A stretch of 64,000 nucleotides of DNA from Stylophora pistillata (lineage: Eukaryota). The DNA is taken from NCBI RefSeq assembly GCF_002571385.2, contig NW_019218027.1, positions 130,637 through 194,636 of the forward strand, given 5' to 3'. This document shows, in pieces, positions 37,601 through 50,182 of this stretch. Position 1 is the first letter of the stretch. Each line of letters starts with the position of its first letter. The notes beneath the pieces were generated by a model that searched no databases, was not told the origin of the DNA, and was given only the letters and a program-made list of their open reading frames with translations. Both the position numbers and the translations under genes were made by a program.

Positions 37601-40600
37601 TGATTTTTTTCAGGTCTGATTTTCGCTATTGCATAAATAGCGCTCTCTACTGCGAGGATTGTGCATCATATGAATATGCATATTGATGTTTAAGAAGTGA
37701 AGAGGGTTAGATCATTTAAATTTGCTATTTCTGTCCTAGGTGATATTTCTGGATGATTCCCCTCAAAATCTCAAAACTGCAAAAGGAATGGGAATGTTAA
37801 CTATTCTTGTTAAAAATCCTATCACAGCTCTCAGGGATCTTAAAAAGATAACAGGAATTGATGTAAGTTTGATATGTCTAGGAAGTCCAGATTTAGGTAG
37901 CTGAAAAAGCACAAGAACTGATATAGTCAATCTACCATGACTGCAGTCGGTACAGTTGGTGGACAGACTTATCAGTGATTTTGAGCTACTTTTTCCCAAT
38001 GTTTTTTCAGTCAAGATGAATATACTGACCTTTAAATATTGTTGTCTCTATTCCCTGTAGGTTTTTCAGCAGCATGCGGTGGAACCCTGTGCTCCTCGTG
38101 ATGCCATTCACTGCTACATCAATCTTAAGGTTGCACTACTCTTAACAATTACCCTCTAAATCAAAGAGTAAAACTTGATTTATTCAGAACCCAGATTACT
38201 AAATCACTGATTGGCCATGCAGCAATATTCTCAGTTAAATGATTTTGTTCTGATGCATAGGGTATCTTTTATGCAGATGTGTTATAAAACCTTTAGACAA
38301 CTATAGGAAACCAGAAAATAAACAGTGTAATTATAAGCTAGCTTTAGAAAATCAAGTGACACTTCCTGAAAAACTTGGGCTACCTGAGCTAGACAAATGT
38401 GCTGATAGTTTATAGTAAGCTGGGGTACTTGTTTGGTAACTTTCTTTTTTATCTGTTTTAAAACCTGTATGATGTGATCCTCCAAGTATACCTTTGAATT
38501 CATATAGTTTGATGTTGGCATTTATCAATAGCCTAATTTCTAAGAGGATGAATTTTATATTAACGATCTGTCACTGTTTATAGTCCTTATCCGGACTACT
38601 CTGAACCAACTCTGGACAAGCATGATAGCCATAATCAGAGAGCCACTAACAAAGATTTTGTTATTTGTAGACAGGCATCAGGATGCACTATGTGGAAATG
38701 GGGCATGGACCTGTTGTAATTTTACTTCATGGTTTCCCTGAATTATGGTACATTTGGAAATACCAGGTATGCTTTAACAGAAATTGCAAAAGTGGCTTGT
38801 ATTTATGTAACATTTATTAATTATTTTAATCTTTAATTAATTATTTGTTTTTGAAATCTAGCCTGTGTACAGCCACCCCATCCCCTCGAAAAAATCAGGA
38901 AGAGGTTAGGGTTAATGGGGCAGCTGTACACAGGCTATTGATATCTGTACAGTCCAATACTTTGATGATCATACTATTAATCAGAGCTAGAATATTCAAT
39001 TTTCAATTCTTGTTGTGATTGTTTAGAAATGTTTTGCCCCTCCCCCTTGTCTATCTTGTCAACAGAAGAATCAGACCACCTAAAAAAGACTAAACCATGA
39101 GAGGGAAGTATGGTGTTTCAACAAGAACTTGACCAGAGTTGTGGCCTGTTCTAAGATGTTATTTTGTGTTATGTTAGATCACAGCTCTGGCACTTGCTGG
39201 ATACAGAGTCATTGCACCAGATCTGCGAGGGATGGGACAAACATCAAGTCCTTATGGTAATTGATTGTTAACTATTAAATATTAATTGAATCACTATAAT
39301 AATACAGTCATTTTAATGATATCAATCTTTGTAGATCTCATATTTAACTTATGCTAATTGTTGTAACTGAAGGCTAATTAGTTCTAATAATATTAGTTCC
39401 AGTTGAAGGCTTTTAATGATAAAGGCAGCAAATATTTTGAAATATTTTCGGGGCCTATTTTTCATTTTTTGGGAGGGTTGACTGAGGTTATACTTGAGAT
39501 TACTACTTATTATTTCTTAAACATGCAAACATTGTCCACATTTTTTATTTGCATTTTTTTTTCCAGAGCTAGAGGCATATGGAAGGGAAAATGTGTGTGC
39601 TGTAAGTTAATGTGATCATTTTTTCTGTGTTATAAGTCATAGGACAAGTGAAAGCCTGAGACTGCCATAATTTGATTAATAAAACCCAACTGTGTACTTG
39701 CAAACCTTAGGATGAATTGTAACATATGTTATATGGTTGTTATTTTTCTACAGGATGTTGTTGCTCTGATGAATTCATTGGCAAGTATCACCATGTTTAC
39801 AGCATACTCACTCTTAGACTGATAGTTTTTGAGCAGTTGATGTTTGTTCAGAATTTCCAAATTTAAAAAGCCTATGTTCAGTTTGAATGCACTGCAAAAT
39901 GCTTAAAGTATTGCGCACAAGACTAACCTTTAATTGTAAACTTGACAACAGAGAAAAAAAGTGAACTGGCCCTAATAATGACAACAACAAAAAAAGGAAA
40001 TAACCAAAGGAGAGGCACATGCATATACAACTTACGTAAATATCATGCTTTTGTGCCTCTCCATATTCACATGCATGTTGATGTCGTATCTCTATCCATT
40101 TTCATAAGTCCTTTTAAAATTTTACTGTTTTCTTCATGCCTTGTGACAAATGTCTAGTAAATATATTTTTCTGAAAATATTTTCTGAATTTAATTTAGTA
40201 CATTCAACAAGCCACAGTCGTGGGTCGTGATCTTGGAGGTTTTATTGCCTGGGACCTTAGCCTTCATTATCCTGAAAGAATTCTGTAAGTGATGTTCCTG
40301 CAGATTTATCTGATTGTTTTTGTTTACAGACCAATCTAAACCACTATCAATTGGTTAAATTCTTGGTTTTTTCTTTCAGGGCTGTGATAAACATGACACC
40401 CTTCATTCCCTCTTTTCCAACCATTAACCCACTGGAGAGATTGCGAGCCAACCCAGGAATATATCAGTATCAACTTTATTTTCAAAAGGAGGTTAGTGCT
40501 ACTTATTACAAGCTGAGTAATGTAACTCACTCCCAAGTTTTACTTTAGAAAAACTTCCATACATCATACCAAGGAAATTTGCTTTAATTTGAAAAATACT

Positions 40601-43600
40601 AACATGAGTTGCTCACTAAATACTTAATATTAGGGTGTTCCAGAGAAAGAACTTGAGAGTGACCTCGAAAAAACATTTGTTATGCTAATGAGAAGTGCTA
40701 GTGATCGTAAGGTGAGGAAGCACTCCCAATCTTTTAATGATACCAGCAGAAACTTAGCTGGGCTGGGATAGTGTGGTTCACTTGAATTGTCGGAGACAGT
40801 TTTCTAAAATGTCCAAATGGCCAAATAAAAACAGACTGAAGTAAGCCAGATACAGGGCGACTAAATTTCTTAATGATACTAATAGAGACTTAGCTGTGTC
40901 GGGATGGTGTGGCCGCCCTTGGGGCCGCTTGGATTGTCAGGGGGCTGTTTTCTAAAATGTCTAAATGGCCAAATAAAAAGAGAATGAAGCAAGCCAATAC
41001 AGGGCGGCTTAATTTTTTTAATATGCTATGGTAGTCGTTATTTTCTCTGTTATTTACTGAGCTGGGTAGCTTAACTAGTATCATTAGCTGCTATTAGTGC
41101 ACAACTTTTCTACATTATTTTTTTAGAAACTGAAATGGAGCACCTTTGATGTGCTTGAAAGAGGTATGTTTATTTACTGTGCTAATCTGTAGATAACACT
41201 AATTTACAACTTCCTGGCAAAAGGTCTGTTCTAAGCCAAGAGCATGATATTATCTCCTCAATTTTTTTAGGTGGACTTTTTTCTGGGTTGCCAGGAAAAG
41301 TGGAGAAAAGCTGGATTCTTACCAATGATGTCTTGAAGTATTTGGTGGAAATGTACAGCAAGACAGGATTTAGGTTAGAAACAACCAAGATGTGATTGCC
41401 ATAAATATTCATCATTTGACAATAATATTATTAGTAGTCTAAGAGTATTATTTTCAGAAGTGCCATTCCTCCCATGCCTAATATATCCTTTGTGAAGTTG
41501 GTAGCTACATTCAGTGTTTGAGAATCAAACCAAAATGGCCACACTCAGACTTATTGCTGTAACATGTAATGCCTATAGGGGGCCACTGAATTGGTACAGA
41601 ACAATGGAAAAAGACTGGAAATGGAATTGTAAGGTTTCTGGTCGTAAGGTAAATCTGAAATTTCCTTTTTACTTTGAATTCCTGTTGTGGCTCCTACTGA
41701 TTTCAAGATCTTTTTTTTTACACATCTCAGTACTCCTCTTAGCTAGCATCTCGTATCTCTTTCTGTAACAAGTAATCATTCCATTTATTACACGACTCGG
41801 GCAGTCAGAGGGCCAATAACTAAAATTAACCGATCAAAATGCTCTTTTGCCGGTCAATATTCTCTCAGTATTGGACCGGGCACTGGCCCAAATGGTCCCG
41901 AATGATACCACACTAGTGACCCTTTGAACTTCAGTCGTATAATAAATCTCTTATTAACCAAGCTTGCTCGGGACCGTACTGGAAGAATATCGGCCCTCGG
42001 TCTTTTACTGTCAAGACCTCGGGCAGATATTCTCCCAGTATGGCCCTCGCGCTTGGTTAATAAGATATATGTACTTCCTCTCCTTTCTCATTAAAATGTA
42101 ACATGACTTTTTTTGGGTGAGTCAGCACCGTTATTGGGAGAAGGTGACGTGGCCCTTTTCTTTTTAAAGGTTTCACTTCTATCTGTTTATAGGTACAGCA
42201 ACCAAGTTTTTACTAGTGTNNNNNNNNNNNNNNNNNNNNNNNNNNNNNNNNNNNNNNNNNNNNNNNNNNNNNNNNNNNNNNNNNNNNNNNNNNNNNNNNN
42301 NNNNNNNNNNNNNNNNNNNNNNNNNNNNNNNNNNNNNNNNNNNNNNNNNNNNNNNNNNNNNNNNNNNNNNNNNNNNNNNNNNNNNNNNNNNNNNNNNNNN
42401 NNNNNNNNNNNNNNNNNNNNNNNNNNNNNNNNNNNNNNNNNNNNNNNNNNNNNNNNNNNNNNNNNNNNNNNNNNNNNNNNNNNNNNNNNNNNNNNNNNNN
42501 NNNNNNNNNNNNNNNNNNNNNNNNNNNNNNNNNNNNNNNNNNNNNNNNNNNNNNNNNNNNNNNNNNNNNNNNNNNNNNNNNNNNNNNNNNNNNNNNNNNN
42601 NNNNNNNNNNNNNNNNNNNNNNNNNNNNNNNNNNNNNNNNNNNNNNNNNNNNNNNNNNNNNNNNNNNNNNNNNNNNNNNNNNNNNNNGGTCTTAAAATAA
42701 TTGAGAAGAATTTGCTACCTTTCTATAACATCAAGAAATGGTTAGATATTCTAGTCTTCTCGGATAGGGACGAATAAATGGAGGTCCCGTCTCCTGCAGG
42801 GTTGGGGTAGGAGACGTTAATTTCCCACACATGAGATTACTGTGTGATGGATGTCCTCCCCTGGGGTGGGATGGGTGGGATATAGGGCGCACTTAATTTG
42901 GAGCCTCGCTCTGTTGTGCGACCCTCACCACACTCTGGTGAAAGTGATTAAATAAAGCTTAAATAAATAAATAAAGAAAAAAGTCTCATCAGTTATTATA
43001 TTTTTGTTATGATTCATTTCGATTGGTAATTTAAAACAGAAAGTAGTAGTGACAGTGACATTACTTGGAGTGAATACATAACATTGTCCTTTGCTGCCTT
43101 TAAACTTCTTTCACCACAAAATGTTTTAAGCTATGCTTCACTTTCAGATACAAATTATAATTTGCTGAGAATTTTGGGTTGTAATTAAGAAAGTCACATG
43201 TCTTTGTGAAATTTTTTCGTGGTTACTGATTCTCTTTTAATGTAACTGCAAAACAGTCTGTGACTGGTTTAAGGAATGAGTAGAGCAATAGTGTAGAGCA
43301 AATGTAAAATACATTTAAAATTACATAATTATATATGGAGTATCTTTGTCCTTTAAGACTGTTTATCACCTTCTGAGTAACTGAGGATTCTGTGAGAGCA
43401 GGAAAGTACTTCAGCTGGCTTTTAGTATTAATAAGTCTCAAGGGCCCAAATAATTTTTTTTTTTTGTGGGAAATATACTGTACTATCAAGGTGCTGAGGA
43501 TAATGACATTCTTAACATTGTACTGTAGTCTGATTTTCTGGGCGAGTGTAGTCCTTAGAAGGACTGTTGTGACTGATAATAATTATTCACTTGACTCTGA

Positions 43601-44243
43601 TGATGACTTATGCTCAGGTTGTCAAATCGTCAGTCACTGATATTGACAACAGTCTTTGTCAGGACTACACTGCCCTAGACAATCAGACTAAACTTTCACA
43701 TGTTACCCTCAGGTTCAAATCATTTACTGTATTCCTGAAATTGTAATCATGTTCCTTAAGGTTCCTAGACTAGACACAGCACACATAGAGGAGGCATCGC
43801 ACTGGGTAACACTGGAGTGGTATGTAAAATGCCAGTCAAAATAGATATTTCTACAATCATATTGTAATAATTTTATATGTATTAATGAGCACATTTTCTG
43901 AAACACACAGGTTAACCCCGACTGTCACCTCTAAAATCTCAATATAAATTCTCCCCCCACATGCAAGACCATTTCTTCTAACTTAAGTCAAGAGAATTTG
44001 GTGCTAAATCTGACAGTTTGCATAAGACGGTGTCTTGCTTTTACCCATCACCTTTCTGCTGGACAAGATGTTGATATTAGCTCAAAGTTATCAAAATTTA
44101 ATTTTTTATTAGTAAACATTCATGTCACGATCCTTCTCACTGTTAATCTTTTTATTCTTTTCAGTCCTTTAGAGTTGAACAGAATCATGGTGGATTGGTT
44201 GAACAAAATTCATGCAATGCAACCTGATTCATCCAAGTTGTAA
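34635..44243 (+). CDS. EPHX2: Bifunctional (soluble) epoxide hydrolase 2: HAD-like N-domain + alpha/beta hydrolase; C-terminal PTS1 SKL
   Basis: Exons 34635-34729, 35105-35174, 35700-35859, 36618-36805, 37740-37862, 38061-38129, 38671-38766 (HGFP), 39178-39256, 39567-39601, 39754-39780, 40199-40284 (GRDLGG), 40380-40491 (YQLYFQ), 40634-40711, 41127-41163, 41271-41373, 41579-41648 (LNWYR), 42193-gap, 43761-43819 (ASHW), 44165-44243 (...SSKL*). One exon is mostly lost in the N gap. Confidence 0.94.
35905..36234. mobile_element. MITE with AGGGGGGC/GCCCCCCT ends and many AAACCG subterminal repeats
   Basis: Short TIR, dense AAAACCG motifs, and (CT)ACTTGA repeated on both flanks. Confidence 0.7.
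37148..37710. mobile_element. Abundant ~220-bp interspersed repeat (other copies ~8378-8600, ~31030-31145, ~58936-59166), here interrupted by a SINE palindrome
   Basis: Shared AATTTCTCCTTACAATATCACCCCTGAATCAAAC...GAGAATAAAGGAAATGATCA...GAATATGCATA segments. Confidence 0.75.
37333..37672. mobile_element. Head-to-head inverted pair of tRNA-derived SINE heads with a 12-13-bp TSD
   Basis: Arms 37384-37520 / 37538-37672; A box TAGCTCAATTGG, B box GGTTCGAAT; AATATGCATATT at 37321-37332 and 37673-37684. Confidence 0.88.
40799..41017. repeat. ~70-bp direct duplication (period ~148) in an EPHX2 intron
   Basis: GTTTTCTAAAATGTCYAAATGGCCAAATAAAAA...ATACAGGGCG occurs twice. Confidence 0.8.
41788..42065. 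mobile_element. Non-autonomous repeat with a terminal CTTATTAACCAAG...CTTGGTTAATAAG palindrome; second copy begins at ~63904 and runs off the window
   Basis: 41788-41905 matches 63904-64000; hairpin at 41950-42064. Confidence 0.75.
42688..42975 (+). mobile_element. SINE (5' end in gap) with Nin/Deu-like central domain and (AAAT)n tail
   Basis: 42688-42879 is nearly identical to 54380-54571; the 3' tail differs. Confidence 0.85.
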
Positions 44244-45969
44244 CACAAATATGATATGAGAATATTTGTTGATCTGTGACAAAGAAAATTGACAGCACAT
44301 CTGTTGGTGGAAGAAACTTTCATTGTTATTTCCTTGTAGCACAACCTGATTCATGCAAGTTAAAGTTTGTTGCATATTGTGGAAATGGCCAGGTGGTTGG
44401 TTGCAAAGAAATAGGATCACTTCTTAAGGCAAAAACCATAGGTTCTTCTTCGACACTCTTGATCAAGTAGTTCAAATATTTGAAATAAAAAAGAAAAGTT
44501 GAAGGGACATTGTATATTTTTGTAACCTGAGCAAGAGCAAAAAATTAAAAAAAAAAACATACTTGGAATTGCAAGTTGGACACAAGGCTAAGTGATATTG
44601 TTTTGCTTCTCTTGTTTCACACTCACGATAACAACAAACAATATTATTGCTACATTTTCTTTTTTTCTTATTTTTATTCAATTATGTGATTCAAGGAAAA
44701 TCCATGACATGACACATCAAAAAATTGCACTCGAAAACCCACATTGTACTCATGGGTTTTTGCATGCAATTTAATGCATAATGAATTTTCCTATAAAATA
44801 CTGTAGAGCTAAAAAGTACCATATATGTGGACAATAACAACCTCTGTCAGTTCCTGTGAGATTTAGTGATTGCCTTCGAACAGAAAAACATTACCACTCC
44901 TGCACTAAAATTAATCTAGATACCTTTATACACTTCCCATTGTTATTTACAGTCTCTTCCAATGGAACACTGTGTCAAGCACAGTTACTTATCACAGTGA
45001 CTATGTTTCTTAGCCTAGTTGAATTAAGACCTTAAATCTGAGGGCTTGATCACAATTTTATTCATTTTTTAAAACTTACCAAAAAAGACAAGTTAAGAGA
45101 TGATCTCTTTTTGTTTTAACAAAGTTCATCCATCTTACTATTAATCATCTACATCATAAATCTCAGCTATCGCTAAGATATTGCAATGAGATTTTGAGGT
45201 AATTATTTCAGTTAATAATTCATCTGTAATGATAAGTTGAAACAGGTGATAAAATCCCTCTCGAAGTTTAAATTCCTAATAACTTTAAAGTCACAAAGTT
45301 TACATTTCTTAATTCATAATGTTACTTTGCATCCTTAAAACTGCATTCATTTACTTAATACTGATTTCCAGTCAGGCTTAAGCTTAAATACAGCACTTGA
45401 CCTTGATTAATTATAGACACATTCTACCAAACTGAAAAGAAAGCTCCCTCAATCATTATTCATGTTCTCTCATTTATAATAAATATAGATATTTACTCAG
45501 AGTCTGAGACTTTTGGGAAAAGATTGGAATTTGTGAGCTAGCTAGCCTACACAGCAGGCAAATCATTTGTTTATGAAATAAGGGGAACTTTTGAATAGAC
45601 CTTACTGCCCACAATTTCACATTAATTACAACATGTGTGCCCTTTCTACCAGATCCTATTTTGTAAATATTAAAACCTAAATCTAGAGGTGTCTTTTTTT
45701 TTCCAAAATAAAATTTCTCATAATTATTTGTCATTGCCACCCTTTGAGATAACAATACAATAACTTCCTTAAAATGCCATCAGGCTCTAAACAGTCTCTT
45801 TCACTAACCCCAACTTGAATTGAAACTTCATTTCTACAGATCATTTGGAACAGTCATGGATCCCAACTTCTCGATTGTTCATGAATTTTCCTGTGTTGTT
45901 TCAGTTTCACTTGCAGTAAAGTTCAATTAAATTATTCATAAAAGTCTGAGTTTTCAAATTTCTTGAGTA

Positions 45970-48900
45970 TCATGAATGAGCTGGGAAAGTACTTGACGTA
46001 TGAACTAAATTGATCAATTTCTTCACAGCAACCATCCACTGGTTTACCTGTTGAAAAGATAAAAACCATTTTAAATTAAATATTTGCTTACTCAGCACAT
46101 GCAACTAGTCTACAAAGTCATACACCAAAAAAAGTAATTGGATTAATGCATATAAACTGGATATTTTGTCTTGCATCTACATGTGTAAATAACTTAACAA
46201 GGAAAAATGCAAAGTAAACTGAAAGTCATCAAGAGACAATTATAAGATTTTGACCTTCAAACTCAACCCTAAAAACAGCAGTTTTAAGATGCAGTGGAAA
46301 GAGAGCTTACCTCGCTAACAAAATCAACCATCAATGAAATATGAATCTGATGTGCTTCCTCAACATTCCCAGCATCTAGAGCTAAACAAGAAGATCAACA
46401 CAGTTTGTAGTCAATAATTTTTAGTTTGTTTACATTTAGTTTTTTTTTTCAGTAACCTAATAAAAGAATGTAGTTGAATTATTAAGTATGCAAATGACAT
46501 TTAAAGGTAGAGTTATTTGAGAAGTCGACACCAGCTTACATCTGACTTAAAGCATATTTGAGAAAGTCATGCAGGATCACATTTACTTTGTATTATTTTG
46601 CCAAAAATAATTAAAAGCTAACTTTTAATTCCTCTTAAAAGCAAAAATCAATATCAATCAATTTTTCATTACCTTGTGCAAGCTTTATCATTCTGCTCTT
46701 GACACCCAGGCTAAGTTTCCCATTTTTCCAATTCTGACTCATCACTTGAAGTCTTCGTGCAATATCATCAGCTACTCTTTTCTGTGAGATAAAAATAATG
46801 TTCAGCTGAATAATGCATGAACAAATGACTTCTCAAGCTGGTTTTGTGACTGAGATAAGTCATGCAAGATATTTCACTGTCTCAGCTGCAACAAAATTCT
46901 TGTGACGTGAAAGAATTGAAGTCACAATCAGAGTGACAAGATTCTTACTTTTGTGCACCACTTTGAATAATCAGGGAAAAAATTTACACAAGATTCTTAG
47001 TTTTGTTGGAGTGGATACCCTTTAAGTGACTGTCCAATGCAGGTGAAGCTGATACAAACAGCACAGTTGGGACTCAGTCACAGGTGACAACCACCAGTTA
47101 ATTAAATAGAGGAGCAAATCGAAGCTACCAGTACGTAATTAAGAGGAAAAATTTTTAGGACTCTGACAACTGACCACTTAACACAGGGTGACCACCAAAA
47201 AAAAAAGGCTCGACGGTACATTTGTCCAGAACACCAACCTCTAAATTGTCCTGAAGCTTGTTGATAACATCCTGTAGGGCATCCATGGTGATCTTCAGCC
47301 CTTCTTGGTCATCCACTGAACTAGATGTAACAACATTTTTCTCTTCCCCAGAGGGGGACGTGCTGCGAGGAGTACTCCCTGCACTTAAAGAAGCTGAAGG
47401 TGAGATGTGATTTCCTGGGAGTGGTGGTGGAGTCCTACTATGTCCCATATGAGAATGCATGGCCACTCCATTCCCCTGTGGAAGTTTTGTTCGTGGAACA
47501 GGGCTTTGCCTGTGATACAAGGGAGGTGTTGTGTGACCAACTGGAGGTTGGCTTGGTAATGATGGTGGTGGTGTTACATGGCCTAAGGGAGGGATGGATG
47601 GCTGTGTCAGGAGCGGGTTATCTTGATAACTTGGCATAGCAGTAGCTTTTGTTACTGGAGGAGTTGCAGGGTGGAATATCTGTGGGGAGCTATGGTGATC
47701 ATCAAAATGATCACTGATTTCTGCTGTTGAGCGGATACTATGTAGAGGTGCAGTTCTTATCGGTTCAAAACTATGATCTTTTAGAGCAAATAATGGTTGT
47801 CCAAGATTCCCTGAGAGATTTTCTGTTGATTTGGCAGAAGCATGTGCACCTGGAGGGTTGATACTTTGTGTTAAGTTAACAGATGCCTCACTTGAACTTG
47901 CTGTCCCTGCATCAGTGAAAGAAGGTGTGGATACACTCCTTGTAAACATAGTTGGTATGGAGGGAGCCATAAGATTACAGTTTACAAGAGGTGAAGTTGT
48001 TGTCACTGGTGCTGGAGTGAAAAGTGGCTGGGTGACACCATTCAGATTATTGCTGCCAAGAGGTGGATTTGTTGTCACTGGTGGAGTGAATAGTGGCTGG
48101 GCAATGCCATCCAAATTATTGCCTCTAAGAGATGCATTTGTTGTCACTGGAGGTTCTGTATAAAGTGGTTGGGAGACGCCATTGAGTTTAAGAGCACCAA
48201 CCCCTGTGAAATAGTGAATTAGATTTGAGAAAACCAGTAATTAAACTACGACTAATCAAATCATATTTCTGCATTTTCTAGCAAAGTATAGCCCAGTGAA
48301 AATAAAAAATATCAAGTTTAAGGATACATGTGTGTTACCATAATCTTCCTGAAACAATAATTACTCAAAGTACTTTCAAGTATTGTGATTAGTGATTAAT
48401 GTTGTCTGTTTTGTTTCTTTCCAGTCTGTTGTTTCTGCTGAAATTATAACTGTCAATGTTCTAAAACTCACTTTCTGGGTTCTGAACTTCTATGAGTATT
48501 GGTGTCAGTGGTATCTGTATAGATTTATTTAAATATATGCTGAAAGCTTGAAAGGCTTTATTACCCGTATCAAATTTGCTGATTCTGATCTCCAGAATCA
48601 CTATTACTCGATTTAGATCTAATAAACAGCGATTAAAGAGATATACTTCGTTTTTCCATTGAACAGTACTACAGTATTCACGATGACACAAAATTTTGCG
48701 AACCAAAAATATTACAGACGTGTACCAACACGGCAGGGAGCGAAGTTTATAAACAATTTTCGGGGTTTTCGTCATCATGACATTGCTGAATTGTGCAATC
48801 CTTAATTTTCGAACATCTCGACAAGATTCGACTCGGGAAAACTTAAAATTTCGACTCACCGTTTGTAATTTCATCGTTGTTAACAACAGCTGGTTGTAAA

Positions 48901-49748
48901 TTTGACGACGGTGTTTGTACTCCATGTAAAGCTTGTTGATGTGATACTCTCTTCCTTAAATCTAACTTCGGTCTGTTGCCCGTCATGTTATTAGAGAACG
49001 CAAAAGTTGGAGGGTCATTCCAACCTCGAGCAGAATCGCCATTGTAAGCTATAATACCACCAGAAGCTAAATTGGAACACAAAACCATGTTTGTTACTGT
49101 ACGTACGAGAAAGTTCTTAGTTGTAGCGAAGGCTAGGATTAACTTCTAATGTTATGACGTTATGAATATTCAGATCAGGGCATAAATATTTTCGAGGTTG
49201 CCCTAGAGTTTTCTATGAGTGCTTCTGCGGGGGCACGCTAGTAATGAATGAGTAGCTTTACGGGAAAATGGGATTCTGTCCCATCTTTGATACGCTAAAA
49301 TGAAGGAGTTTACGCGACTAAAATTAAAGTGAACGGTCGCTCGATAAGAGAACACATCCATTTTGTTAGCGTGTTGTTGTTCTATTGAAATAAAGTCACA
49401 CCAGAAAAAAAACCATGTGAATCAAATGAATCTAGAAAATAACTTATCTTTCACTTCACTTCACACGCTAGTTACTCTATGGGTAAAGTATATCTACACG
49501 ATCGTAAAATTCGACAATGACCAAGATAGATCTTGAAAGAAATCAAAAATCCTCTGACGGAAGGCGCCATATTGAATGCATTTGAAGTCACTGGTACGAA
49601 AACTTGTCTCAAACTCGGAACTTTTACGTCTCTAGACCATCATTTTCGACTGTCGTATTCAATGATTAACTATCACTATCATATAAACACTTTTATGGGT
49701 CTTAGAGAGGACATAAAGCTTACCTCTAGGGCTCGGATCGCCCGGCAT
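45970..49748 (-). CDS. SRA1: Steroid receptor RNA activator 1 protein (SRAP), ~478 aa
   Basis: Exons (minus) 49748-49724, 49048-48860 (RGWNDPP), 48203-47239, 46781-46673 (DDIARRL..W..GKLS), 46381-46311 (IHISLMVDFVSE), 46047-45970 (VNQWMVAVKKLI) are in frame. Confidence 0.9.
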
Positions 49749-50182
49749 TTTGAGGGAAACGAACAACTTCTGTAATCGATTGTAAACTCGTGACGTGTCC
49801 CTACCCTATGACGTCCGAAGACCGGAAGTTTATGAACCGGAAACAGTTAAACAAAACGCGTAACGAGGAACACACGTACAAAAATATCACTTTGAACCAG
49901 GAAGTGAGTCAATCACTTGCACTTCGTTATTGGTCACTCAGAAGTCACTTACCGTAATGTTTCTAGTAAAGGAAATCTTAAGTTTATGAAAAATATCCCT
50001 CCTCTTGACACAGACCGAAAAAATAGTTTTCTCCGAACTCTCCCGATTATGTACGAAGATTTTCGTATCCGAATGTCACCAAATCGAGTCAGTAGCATCA
50101 ATATGGTGGAAACAAGTGGATTTGCCGGTGGTTTTTCCCTTCAAAATATTTATCAGCTGGTTTGATATCCACCTAGAAAAAA
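49749..50182. promoter_or_regulatory. Bidirectional promoter SRA1 (-) / STIM (+)
   Basis: 434 bp between ATGs; ETS-like CCGGAAGT at 49822, CCGGAAA at 49837, CAGGAAGTG at 49898; TGACGT half-sites. Confidence 0.65.

Noticed and set aside
42193-42219. Frameshift/stop in an EPHX2 exon (VQQPSFY*), suggesting a pseudogene
   Set aside because: It lies in a T-run directly beside an N gap and all other exons are intact; most likely a sequencing error.
42113-42700. ORF-track entries of 195 and 159 aa
   Set aside because: Artefacts of translating through the N gap.
49472-49570. Alternative SRA1 start (MAPSVRGFLISFKIYL...)
   Set aside because: Only a weak donor; the 49748-49724 exon has a strong GTAAGC donor in the correct phase.
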